A stretch of DNA of 64,000 nucleotides from an uncultured Acidobacteriota bacterium (lineage in GTDB: Bacteria > Acidobacteriota > UBA6911). The position numbers were made by a program, and so were the translations under genes. Below the pieces are notes generated by a model. It saw nothing but the letters and a program-made list of their open reading frames with translations, ran no database searches and was not told the DNA's origin. Positions 32,747 through 42,649 of this stretch are shown here, one piece after another. The stretch covers positions 581,851 through 645,850 of the forward strand of contig CAWJKZ010000010.1 in assembly GCA_963843575.1 (NCBI GenBank). Reading direction: 5' to 3'. The stretch's first letter is position 1. The number at the start of each line of letters is the position of its first letter.

Positions 32747-34171
32747 TCAGAGGGTCGGCAAGTCGAAGCCGAAGTAGCGTACCGCGTTGCGGTAGCAGAT
32801 GTCGTACACCATGCCGCCGACCATTTCCGGGTCGTTCGGGAGCATGCCCAGCTCGATTTCCGTACCGAGCAGGTTGCAGAGGACGCGCCGGAAGTACTCG
32901 TGGCGTGTGTAGGACAGGAACGAGCGGGAATCGGTCAGCATGCCGACAAAGCGGCTGAGGAGGCCCATGTTCGAGAGCGCGTCGATCTGTTTCTGGATGC
33001 CATCCTTCTGGTCCAGGAACCACCAGCTGCTGCCGTACTGGATTTTGCCGGGTGTCTCGGACTGGAAGTTGCCGATCATGGCGGCGAACAGTTCGTTGTC
33101 CCGGGGATTGAGGTTGTAGAGGATAGTCTTGGGGAGCCGGTCGTGTTCGTCGAGGCGGTCGAGCAACCTCGCGAGGGGGCGCGCGACCTCGGAGTCGCCG
33201 ATGGTGTCGAAGCCGGTGTTGGGGCCCAGGAGGCGCAGCATGCGCGTGTTGTCGTTCCGCAGGGCGCCGAAGTGGAACTGCTGGGTCCAACCGTGCTCGT
33301 GGTACAGGAGGCCGAATTCGTAGAGCATCGCCGACTTGAACTTGAAGATTTCGTCCCCTTCCAGGAATCGGCCGCCGCGGATCTTGCCGAAAATCCGGCG
33401 GATCTCGGCGTCGGTGTAGTCCTCGGCGTAGACGGTTTCCAGGCCGTGGTCCGCGAGACGGCAACCGTTGGCGTGAAAGAAGTCCGCCCGTTTGCGGAAG
33501 GCTTCGAGGTACGAGCCGAAGTCTGCGACGTCGAGGTCGGCGGCGGCCGCCAGCCGGTCGACCCAGGCGTTGAACGGTCCCGGAACCTCGACCGCCAGGC
33601 CGTTGTCGGGGCGGAAGGCCGGCAGCATGCGGATCTCGAAGGACGGGTCCGCGGCGACGCGGCGGTGGTGTTCGAGCGTGTCGACGGGGTCGTCGGTGGT
33701 GCAGACGAGCACGACGTTCATCTGCTTCATGATGCCGCGGCAGGAGAAGGCAGGGTCGGACAGGAGGGCGTTGCACTCATCCCAGATGGCGGGCGCGGTG
33801 TCGGGTCCGAGCAACCGGTCCTTGATCCCGAAGGGGTTGGCCAGCTCCAGGTGGGTCCAGTGGTAGAGCGGGTTGCGTAGCGTCATGGGCACCGTTTCCG
33901 CCCACTTCTCGAACTTCTCCCAGTCCGAGGCGTCGCCGGTGATGTAACGCTCGGGGATACCGTTGGCGCGCATCGCCCGCCACTTGTAATGGTCGCCATA
34001 GAGCCAGATCTCGGCGAGGTTGCGAAACCGGTGGTCTTCGGCGACCTGGTCCGCCGGCAGGTGGCAGTGGTAGTCGATGATGGGAACGCCCTCGGCGTAA
34101 CGGTGGAAGAGCTCGACCGCGGCTGCGGACTGGAGCAGGAAGTCGTCGTGGATGAATGGCCGGTTACTCAT
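32747..34171 (-). CDS. uxaC: Glucuronate isomerase
   Basis: IIDYHCHL, GDHYKWRAMR, TTDDP, WWFLDQKDG, MLTDSRSFLSYTRHEYFRR. Confidence 0.97.
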   Translation of the reverse strand: MSNRPFIHDDFLLQSAAAVELFHRYAEGVPIIDYHCHLPADQVAEDHRFRNLAEIWLYGDHYKWRAMRANGIPERYITGDASDWEKFEKWAETVPMTLRNPLYHWTHLELANPFGIKDRLLGPDTAPAIWDECNALLSDPAFSCRGIMKQMNVVLVCTTDDPVDTLEHHRRVAADPSFEIRMLPAFRPDNGLAVEVPGPFNAWVDRLAAAADLDVADFGSYLEAFRKRADFFHANGCRLADHGLETVYAEDYTDAEIRRIFGKIRGGRFLEGDEIFKFKSAMLYEFGLLYHEHGWTQQFHFGALRNDNTRMLRLLGPNTGFDTIGDSEVARPLARLLDRLDEHDRLPKTILYNLNPRDNELFAAMIGNFQSETPGKIQYGSSWWFLDQKDGIQKQIDALSNMGLLSRFVGMLTDSRSFLSYTRHEYFRRVLCNLLGTEIELGMLPNDPEMVGGMVYDICYRNAVRYFGFDLPTL

Positions 34172-34294
34172 GGGCGCTCCTCATTGGTTTGAGATCGCGA
34201 GGAGTGTACGTCTCCGCGTCCCCTTCCGCAACCGGAAGCCGCGGCTTGTCTGCTCCGGGAACTTGTGCGGCTTGGCGCTTCCCCTTTGCGGGGT

Positions 34295-34954
34295 TCAATG
34301 CTCGAACTCGGGCGGTTCCAGTTCGACCACCTCCATCGACCGGATCCACCTTTTCCTGCTTAGAAAGTAGACGACCGCTGCGAGGGCGCCGATACCGCAA
34401 CCGATGAAGTGCGTGCGGTAGCTCACCTCCGGCTGCACGGTCGTCGGAACGAACACGATGATAGCGATCCCCGCGACGCGAAGGAGCCGTTTTTTCAGGG
34501 GAAGCGTCCTCTCGACGAAGGCGTACACGACGAGCCAGAAACTCATCATGACGAACACGAGTCCCGAGGCTCCGATCAACGCGACACCGGGCGGATATGT
34601 GAGCAGGGAGACAAGGTTGGTCAGGGAGGCCAGGAGCAGCATCGCCCCCGGATAGATCCAGAAGCCGAAGTACCCGCACAGGAGGTAGCCGAAAAACAGG
34701 ACGAATAGGGTGTTCACCGCCAGGTGGGCCAAATCGGCGTGCACGCCGATGGCGCTCAGCAGACGCCAGTACTCGGGTCCCTCGAAGACCTGGTCACGGG
34801 ACGCGGACATCCGCCGGAGAAGTTCAGGGTCGCGCCAGCACAAGAGCGTGACGAACACGATGGCCATCGCGACCAGAAGGGACACGGGCACGCTCTCCTG
34901 GCCGGGCTTACCCGACAGCAGCGTGGCTCTGATCCGGACTTCCGGTTCCCCCAT
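34295..34954 (-). CDS. Rhomboid intramembrane serine protease
   Basis: EYWRLL, HLAVN, GASG, THFIG. Confidence 0.88.
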   Translation of the reverse strand: MGEPEVRIRATLLSGKPGQESVPVSLLVAMAIVFVTLLCWRDPELLRRMSASRDQVFEGPEYWRLLSAIGVHADLAHLAVNTLFVLFFGYLLCGYFGFWIYPGAMLLLASLTNLVSLLTYPPGVALIGASGLVFVMMSFWLVVYAFVERTLPLKKRLLRVAGIAIIVFVPTTVQPEVSYRTHFIGCGIGALAAVVYFLSRKRWIRSMEVVELEPPEFEH

Positions 34955-35204
34955 GTGCCTCTTCCCTCCGGGTGTATGGGTTTTGCCGTCGGCCCTGCCC
35001 GTCGGTGACCAGGGGAACAATATATGAGACAAGCCACGAAAGGCAAAACCCGTGACGAATGCGGAATCCGAATGGGTCGATGATGGCACCCGACCTGCCG
35101 CCCGGGAGGGATTTCCCGCTTGCAAACCCAGGGGTTATGACCTATCTTGTTTCCCCATAGTAGGCGGCGAGAGAAGTGTGGCTGCCGCCCGGAATCCTCA
35201 AAGT

Positions 35205-35280
35205 GGGGCTGTAGCTCAGCTGGGAGAGTGCCTGACTGGCAGTCAGGAGGTCGCGAGTTCGATCCTCGCCAGCTCCACCA
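35205..35280 (+). tRNA. tRNA-Ala (GGC)
   Basis: GGGGCTGTAGCTCAG...CCTGA-CTGGCAG-TCAGG...GTTCGATCC...CTCCACCA, 76 nt. Confidence 0.96.
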
Positions 35281-35934
35281 CTCATTCCAAATGACTTCCC
35301 GCCTTTCTGAAATCTCATTTCTCACCGGCTGACGGGTTTACTTGCGCGTTACTTGCGTTTTTCCCCGCGATTTTGCCATCCAGCCTGTCCACGGCCTCGC
35401 TGGTTTCCGGCGGCATCCAGTGCTTGTATTGCTCGATCATGAACGCCACGGAGGCGTGCCCCAGCTGTTCCTTGACCCACACGGGACTCGTCCCGGCGTT
35501 AAGGTGTAGGGTGGCAAACGTGTGCCAGAAAGTTGGTGTAGTGGAACGCATTATGAAAGCCCGCCGCGTGATATCGGCATTTATACATTGAAGGCCGGCT
35601 GTCTGGCGACAGCCCAGGGGCTCTGCCCCTGGCCCCGGGATTTTGTGAGGCATGACTCTGGTGTCCGATAGATAAATGAGGCCTCTGACGATTGTTAGTC
35701 GCCAGAGGCCCGATGCACCATCGGCGCACCGTCGGCCTGACTATCCCTTGCCGGGTTGCGTCCCCGCAGAGCCCGACGCCGTTTCGTCAGGCGGGCCCAG
35801 TCTAGCACGTAGGAGATTGCAGTTTTGAAGATTTGGTCGCGAGCATAGAAGACATCATGAAAAGAAGACGCTCCAACAGCGGTAAGATTGGGATCGGTTC
35901 AAGACACCACTCAAAACCGCCAAAGGAGCGTCTG

Positions 35935-36987
35935 ATGAAAAAGTATATCGGCATGGATGTCCACAAAGCAACAACGGTGATAGCGGTTATCGGTGAGTCG
36001 GGCAAAAGGATTACTGACGGCGTGGTGGAAACATCCCCAGAGGCAATCCTGGATTTCATCAACGGGCAGCGCGGGGCGCTGCATGTCACTCTGGAGGAGT
36101 GCGCACAGGCGGCCTGGCTTTATGACATACTCCGACCTTACGTCGCAGACGTGTTGGTCTGCGATCCACGCAAGATCGCCAAGGCAAGTAACAAGGCAGA
36201 CAAGTCCGATGCTGCGCGGCTGGCGGAGTTGCTTCGCACGAATGCGCTGACGCGAGTCTACCATGGCGAACAGAGCACTCTGGGATTGAAGGAACTCGCG
36301 CAGGGGTACGCCTGTTTAATCGAGGACAGGACCAGGGTCAAAAATCGCCTGAAGGCTTTGTTCCGGGCCCGCGGGATACCTTGTGAAGGCGCCGGAGTCT
36401 ACGGTCTTGAGGAACGGGAGGAGTGGCTGGCGAAACTGGACTCGGCAGCCGTGCGTGTCCGAGCTGGACGACTCTGCAATCAACTTGACTGCGCCGACTG
36501 GCTGTCGATAGAAGCGGAGCAGGAACTGACAGCTGAGGCACGGAAACATCCCGCTACAAAGATACTTCGCAGCATACCTGGAATCGGGTATGTGCGCGCC
36601 GCTGTAATCATCGGCGTCGCTGGTACTCCGCACCGATTTCGAACCAAGAGACAGTTCTGGAGTTACTGCGGGCTGGGTGTACGAACCGAGGCCAGTTCGG
36701 AATACAAGATGCTCGCCGGGAAGGTCGTTCGATCCAACAGGCGGCCGCTTGTCCGCGGCTTGAATCAAAACTACAGCCGGGCGCTGAAGTCTGTGTTCAA
36801 GAGCGCGGCCAGGACTGTTGCCTCAGGACCGTGGCGGTCATATTTCGAGGCCATGATCGAAAACGGCACCCCTGAATCACTGGCATACCTGACTTTGGCG
36901 AGGAAGATTGCGTCGGTCACGCTGGCACTCTGGAAAAGAGGAGAACGCTATAGCCAAAAGAAACTGAAGATACCGCACGCGGCATGA
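35935..36987 (+). CDS. IS110 family recombinase
   Basis: YIGMDVHK, TLEE, KADKSDA (DEDD), SIPGIG, SYCGL, LARKIA. Confidence 0.93.
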   Translation: MKKYIGMDVHKATTVIAVIGESGKRITDGVVETSPEAILDFINGQRGALHVTLEECAQAAWLYDILRPYVADVLVCDPRKIAKASNKADKSDAARLAELLRTNALTRVYHGEQSTLGLKELAQGYACLIEDRTRVKNRLKALFRARGIPCEGAGVYGLEEREEWLAKLDSAAVRVRAGRLCNQLDCADWLSIEAEQELTAEARKHPATKILRSIPGIGYVRAAVIIGVAGTPHRFRTKRQFWSYCGLGVRTEASSEYKMLAGKVVRSNRRPLVRGLNQNYSRALKSVFKSAARTVASGPWRSYFEAMIENGTPESLAYLTLARKIASVTLALWKRGERYSQKKLKIPHAA

Positions 36988-37391
36988 AGCGTCTCGAGGA
37001 CCGACTGAGCAGGTCGGCAATGGTATTCAAATTGAAACCCGAACGAGACGCGAGGTCGAGGGTGAGTCTCAAGAACGCCGTTAGGCCCGGAGATGGAGTC
37101 TCCTTGAAACCATAGGCCCCCTCGCATGACCAAATAAAGCAATAGGCTTCCAAGTCTCAGATAGGACCATGGTCGGCAACACGGCCGCTGTGCTTTGAAA
37201 GTCTCGAACGGATTTGAATTCCGCTGCCCCTTGAACAGCCGGCTTCGTATGCATAGTGCATGCGTTATTCCGGAAGTGTCGCAGGATCAGCAGGGCAGCA
37301 CTGAATGAGCGTTGGCTGGATGTCGTGGACCGAAAAAACGCGCCCTGTTCCTGGGGCGGAAGAGTTTGTCCTTGACATCCGCTTTCATAGG
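36988..37391 (+). ncRNA. Candidate bridge/seek RNA region of IS110 copy 1
   Basis: Conserved stems shared with copy 2; GAACGCCGTT (37073-37082) is the reverse complement of the target; ATAGGAC donor-like motif. Confidence 0.72.
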
Positions 37392-37655
37392 ACGGCGTTC
37401 CGCTTTCCGGGTTGATGAACACCCAGTCCGGCATCTTCTCTCCGCTGGCGAAGCTGTCCCTGGCGAATTGATACGTAGGCCCGTTTCCAACGGCGACGGG
37501 ACTTCCCGGCGGAGGCCATGAAGGCTGCCGAGTCCAGTCGGTAACGGTGATGGGATCCGATCAGCCAGCGGGAACTCGCTGGCAAGGCCAGATCGATATA
37601 GGTTTCATCGGGGTGTGCGGTTTGCCGGTGTCCGTGGCATGTAGGGTTCGAAGAA

Positions 37656-38742
37656 TCAGGCAGCCATCGGCGTCTGATAGAGACCTCGGCAGTGAGGTTG
37701 CCAGCAATAGGAATGGAGATTGGCGACGGCTCGAGCTCTCGACCTGACGTCAGGCGTCCGTCCTTGCAGTGCAGTGTGCGATCGATGATCGTTGAAGAAT
37801 CTCCTGAAATCGAGCAATTTGTTTTCGAGATCCGCCGTCGTCCAGAACAGGGTGCGATCCAGGAATTCACGTCGAATCGTGCCGATGAGTCGTTCCACAA
37901 AGGGATGGGACAGAGGGACATAGGGTACGGTTTTGATCTCGTCGATCTCGAGGATCCGCAGATTGGCTTGCCACTGCCCAAAGCCGATACAGGGGATCAT
38001 GGTCGGAGCTGAGGTGCTTTGGCATCCGGCGTTGCCATCGAATGGCACGTTTGAACATCCGGCAAAGTGCGGGACCATCGACGGTTCCGGCATGGACCCC
38101 GAAGCCGATGATGCGGCGGGTGTATTGATCCATGACGACCAGGACCCAATGGGTCCGCAGGGTGGCCGATTCGCACCTGAACAGATCGATGCTCCAGAGG
38201 CTGTCCTTCATGTGCCCAAGGAAGGTCAGCCAGGACGGACCGCCGGAGTGCTTTTCCGGTCGATAGTGACGGGCGAGAATCCTTCGAACCGTGTCTTTGT
38301 CGATTGGGATGCCGAAAGCCAGGGCGATCTGCTGAGCGATGCGGGGACAACCCCAGGCGGGATTGTGCTGCTTCATCTGGACGACAGCTTCAACAAGTTC
38401 CTGATTGGGTCCTTTGGGACCGGGTCTGCGTCTCGCTCGGGATGAGAAAAGGAAGCGATATTTTCGGTTTCTCAGGGCCTGATGAAGGCTCAAAAGGGTG
38501 GAAGGTTTGAGAACGATTGCCGCACGGATCAGGCGGGTGGGCCGAATGAGAAGAGCGCACAAACCGGCGACCAGGCGGTCGGATGTGCGGAGATTGGGTG
38601 CTCGATGCCGCGATCGATTGAGGATCAGGAGTTGGTGTTTGACGAGAACGGACTCGGCGACCACCGAACGGAGGCCGCCCGGCCCCAGCAGCCGGGTGAG
38701 GGTGGCGACGACATGGACGAAAAGGATGAGGAGATGGCGCAT
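37656..38742 (-). CDS. rve integrase-core transposase (frameshift near 37985)
   Basis: LVKHQLLILNR, NPAWGCPRIA, WSIDLF, SSDHDP, PFVERLIGTIRRE. Confidence 0.85.
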
Positions 38743-38857
38743 CTGCGCAGCATAGCAAAACCTGGATTTAATTGGGTTTAAGTTGCGAGTTAGCAATTCA
38801 CCATGCACAGGAGAGGGACGCCTTGATTACACCTCCCATGGGTGTTAAGCATTAGTC

Positions 38858-40189
38858 GTGTCCGGAAGCCACGTTCAGATCCTCCGTCTTCTCTTCTTGA
38901 TTTGTTCCCTGCTCTTGCCCGCTGACATGTTTGCGCAGCGCCAGCGTCAGTTGCCGCCGCCGGATGAAAGCGCCTATAGCTCGAAATTCTTCGAGCAGCT
39001 GCACAAGATCTTCGGCATATTCCGCGAGGAGGATCTTCGGCGCGTTTTTCAAATGGCGAAACCGATCCGTTGCCCCGACCTCGTGGCCAGCAAAGGACAG
39101 TGGAGAACAGTTGCTTTCTTCAACGAAGATCGCAGCCTGGGCGAGTGGTGCCGCAACAGCCTCGAAGAAACGAAAGCAGATCTGTCCGTGTATATCTTCA
39201 CGGGGTCCTGCAAAGGCGACAGAGGATCGATACAGGTGACGACTCAGTTTCCCGTGGCATCGAGCATGGATGCCTACTACGATGGGCAAATCCCCTTGAG
39301 TCAGGTAGACGTCAATATTAATGCGCCGGTAAATGTCGTCTTTGACTCGAGAAATCAAACATACGATTTCGAGCTTCCCTACTTATACCTGACGGGTCGA
39401 CGGAACTCCGGAAGCATTTACAGCCTCATAGCACCAACTCGCGAAGACCGATATGCGCCGGAAGTGGCGGATCGTTGGGAATGCAAGGCCGTAAGATCGA
39501 AGGACGTGACCTACCAGTTCCTGATTTGCCGGACATCGATGGTGGCTCGCAGTGCCGCCCTGAGGTATCAGGAACCCGGCTTCGGCTCATCCGCCTATTT
39601 TATACTGTCGGACGGCATGGAAGCTCAAACGAGCGTGAGTCTGTCGTTCGGCGATGCGGGGCCTCCGACCGACAGTTCCCCGACAACCGCACCACCTGGC
39701 ACCGCTCCTGCGCCCAGTCCTTCGACAGATGCCGAGACGGAAAAGCTCGGAGGCTGGCTGGTACCGGATGCCCGGTCAAGGATCGTCGATGTGAGGAAAG
39801 GCGAGTTTAGAATCCGTTTCAGTCCTCAAACATGGACGGGCAAGATCGGTGCTCCCGAGGTCTTGTCAGATCAGAAAATGTCGAGCACCACATCCGTCAG
39901 GCTGCGGGAAGGAGCGGATTATTGCTTGTGGCGTCCGGGGGATGCCAACCTGGCAGAGCGTCTTCTTGTGAGCAAGGATGACACGGACGTTTTGTATTAC
40001 CTGGATGCTGTCGACAAGACCGTCGAGTACCCCGCCGCGACTCTCGTTTTTGACATGAGGGACCATTCCGGCACTGAGTTGGGAACGCTCAAGTGCTACT
40101 TCCGGCACACCAGGTCCGCGTCGAAAATTGATTTCAACAACTGGGTCTCCGTCGTCGGGAGCCATCTCACGATCGAGATCCGGCAATAA
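38858..40189 (+). CDS. Hypothetical secreted protein
   Basis: 443 aa, signal peptide, Pro/Thr linker separating two domains. Confidence 0.7.
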   Translation: MSGSHVQILRLLFLICSLLLPADMFAQRQRQLPPPDESAYSSKFFEQLHKIFGIFREEDLRRVFQMAKPIRCPDLVASKGQWRTVAFFNEDRSLGEWCRNSLEETKADLSVYIFTGSCKGDRGSIQVTTQFPVASSMDAYYDGQIPLSQVDVNINAPVNVVFDSRNQTYDFELPYLYLTGRRNSGSIYSLIAPTREDRYAPEVADRWECKAVRSKDVTYQFLICRTSMVARSAALRYQEPGFGSSAYFILSDGMEAQTSVSLSFGDAGPPTDSSPTTAPPGTAPAPSPSTDAETEKLGGWLVPDARSRIVDVRKGEFRIRFSPQTWTGKIGAPEVLSDQKMSSTTSVRLREGADYCLWRPGDANLAERLLVSKDDTDVLYYLDAVDKTVEYPAATLVFDMRDHSGTELGTLKCYFRHTRSASKIDFNNWVSVVGSHLTIEIRQ

Positions 40190-40293
40190 ATCTTCGGGAA
40201 AATCGAGGACAGACAACAATTCAATCTTCCCACGCCCTGAGAATCCTCAGAGATCCGGTTTACGCAGGTGCCTACAGGTACGGTAAATCGACG

Positions 40294-40745
40294 GTGTATA
40301 CCGTGATCCGCGATGGCAGGCCCAGAAAAGTAATGCTGCGCAAGCCCATGAGAGACTGGTCCGTGTTGATCCCCGATCGACATGAACGCTACATTACCTG
40401 GGATCAGTTCGAACAGGTCGATCAGATGCTCACCAAAAACGCTCAGCGTTGGTGTCCCACCAGCCCAGGTGCACCGCGGCAGGGGCCGGCTCTACTGGCT
40501 GGTCTACTGCGTTGCCGCAGGTGCGGCCGCAAGCTGATGGTGAATTACACGGGACAGCATCGTGATGCGCTGAGGTACCAATGTCGGCGGGGAACCTCGA
40601 CCAGGGCGAACCCAAATGCATCTCCTTCGGCGGCACGACAGTGGACGAAGCGATCGCGCGCGAAGTACTGCGAGTGGTCCGTCCCGCTGCGATGGAAGCT
40701 GCACTCCTGGCTGCGCAGCAGAAGGTGGACAAGCAGGACGAATTG
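40294..40745 (+). pseudogene. Large serine recombinase fragment (recombinase plus Zn ribbon)
   Basis: HERYITWDQF, ALLAGLLRCRRCGRKL, YQC. Confidence 0.75.
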
Positions 40746-40870
40746 CTGCGTGCCAGGATCTCAACCTGCAGCGAGGCTCGTGTCCGAAGCGTAGAGGTCA
40801 GTCCGGCGAGCAGCGATATCAGGACAGCGTACATGGCCCGCGACGGTAGCAGAGCGAACCCCGCAACGGC
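40745..40870 (-). pseudogene. N-terminal remnant of an rve-type transposase
   Basis: LRTRASLQVEILA motif. Confidence 0.5.
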
Positions 40871-40974
40871 AACCATTTCAGTTACTACGGAGTTTGTTGT
40901 AGGCACACTCTGTTCCCGCCCGTTGGTTACGTCCTCCCACCCGGCGTATGCGATTTTCAGCAGGCACAGGTAAC

Positions 40975-41763
40975 CTACTTGGGCCACTCTACCGTGGTCA
41001 TCTCGAGCCGCCATACCGGTCCATTCAAGAACATGGCACCTTCGAATTTCACGAACGCAGGAACATCCCCTGTGACGAGCCAGTAACGCAAGTCAGGCGG
41101 GCTTTTTCCGATCCATGAGGCAATCACGCCGGTGAGTCCACCGATCTTCAACTTCACCAGCGAGCGCATGGCCTTCATGGCTCTGCCGCCCAGCAGCACC
41201 TCATCCTCTCCCTCCCAGCTCCACTCCATCTCGATCAGGCGCGGCTCCGGCGTGAAGACAGCCACATGCACCGTTGCGCCGGCACCCCCTGGAAGGTTCT
41301 TCAACAGCATCAGCGCCATGCCGTTGTACAGATCGGCCGGCATTTCGAACTTTCCGCTGGCCATCTTTTGTTTGTCGTCCTTCTCCGCCTGACTTCGGGC
41401 CTTGTATTGCCCGCTCTTGCGATCGAACGACACCTCCAGTGTCGGGTAGGATCGGCCGTGCTGCACGAGACGGTAGCCCTCAAGCCTGAAAACGCCCTTC
41501 TGCGAGAATATCGCCGATTCATCGTACAGCGAACCGTCCTTGAATCTCAGGATCGTATGGCACTCGATAAGGTTACCCGTGGGCTTCTGGCTCACCTCGC
41601 CGTAGGCGATCGCTGCCCCGTCCAGCGATCGGAGCACGAGAAAACCTCGAAAGTTTCCCTCGATCAGACGGACACGGATCGGCTCGGCTTCAACGACGCA
41701 CGACCAGAGCAGCGCGGCGATGACGACGAAAGTAGATACCGGCTTTGCCTTCATGGGCGGCAT
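40975..41763 (-). CDS. Hypothetical exported protein
   Basis: Signal peptide, 262-aa intact ORF. Confidence 0.7.
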   Translation of the reverse strand: MPPMKAKPVSTFVVIAALLWSCVVEAEPIRVRLIEGNFRGFLVLRSLDGAAIAYGEVSQKPTGNLIECHTILRFKDGSLYDESAIFSQKGVFRLEGYRLVQHGRSYPTLEVSFDRKSGQYKARSQAEKDDKQKMASGKFEMPADLYNGMALMLLKNLPGGAGATVHVAVFTPEPRLIEMEWSWEGEDEVLLGGRAMKAMRSLVKLKIGGLTGVIASWIGKSPPDLRYWLVTGDVPAFVKFEGAMFLNGPVWRLEMTTVEWPK

Positions 41764-41819
41764 CCTTGATTAGCTTGGAGATCTGACGTTATATCAATGC
41801 GCAGTGAAGCCGGCAGTTA

Positions 41820-42020
41820 TCACGGTTCCTCGGCTCTTCGCCCGCGCCTGCTACCAGCAACGTAATCCCGCCCATCAGAGCTATTCCTCCGAGTATGGGA
41901 GGATGAGGAATCTGTTTCTGCATCTCCGCGCATCGGTCCCATGTCGAGCATTGTTTCTGCCCGAGTGTAATTGATACCCTGATAGGCGGGGGCCAGCATA
42001 CCCAGCAGCACCAATACAAT
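41820..42020 (-). pseudogene. Small DUF3185-like membrane protein remnant
   Basis: GIVLVLLG..YQGINYT..LDMGP..PPILGGIALMGGITLL across frames. Confidence 0.5.
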
Positions 42021-42205
42021 ACCGCAGGACCTTCTGCGCTGGTTTATATCATATGCGTCCATCCAGGTTTTCACCCCAACTGCTTGAATTTGTTGCCTTA
42101 AGGGTCCTGGCAACACACAACGGCCCCGTCCGGATTCATTCTCTCGATCAAGCTGTCGAACGTTGCTTCCAGGTACGATCTCTGTCGAGCACGCAAACAT
42201 CAGAC

Positions 42206-42649
42206 TCATTTCTCCATCAATCCAGGGTGATCCCGCCTCAGGCACGCGAGTACGTCTTCCCGCAGCCTCAAGGCGAGTGCGCGCATGGCTTCTGCGTCTG
42301 CATCAGAAACCAGCCCGATTCGCTCGTATCCGGTTATATTCCGTTTCTTTCGGAATGCATCGAAGGTCGCCACTACTGATGCGCCGACGCCGATGGTTTC
42401 CCGGAGCGAGTGAATCACCCGGTAGTGATGGGAATCTCTCGACGCGCGGTAGCCTGCCGCGGCGAGCGCCACGGTAGCCAGCTGCAAGCCTGCATTGTAC
42501 GCAATACTCATCCGCCAATCGGCGCTGACACCTTCAGCTGAGCTGTCGGCCAGGTCGCGTTCGACGACCTGAAGCAGGTCGTGAATCTCGTTTCGACTCG
42601 TCTGATGCTTTCTCAGCCAGCCGTTTCGTTCCCAGTCCGACAAACTCAT
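42206..42649 (-). CDS. HEPN domain protein (toxin-like)
   Basis: AYNAGLQLA, RKKRNITGY (R-X4-Y). Confidence 0.78.
   Translation of the reverse strand: MSLSDWERNGWLRKHQTSRNEIHDLLQVVERDLADSSAEGVSADWRMSIAYNAGLQLATVALAAAGYRASRDSHHYRVIHSLRETIGVGASVVATFDAFRKKRNITGYERIGLVSDADAEAMRALALRLREDVLACLRRDHPGLMEK

Larger units (their letters stand above)
35548..37391 (+). mobile_element. IS110/IS1111-type element, copy 1
   Basis: Subterminal IR TATGAAAGC / GCTTTCATA; AC core at both junctions; long non-coding ends homologous to copy 2. Confidence 0.88.
35315..37520 (-). pseudogene. Tyrosine integrase remnant split by the IS110 insertion
   Basis: MPDWVFINPESGTP (37392 onward) joins FHYTNFL; HTFATLHL..VKEQLGHAS..YKHWMP at 35315-35545. 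Confidence 0.75.
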
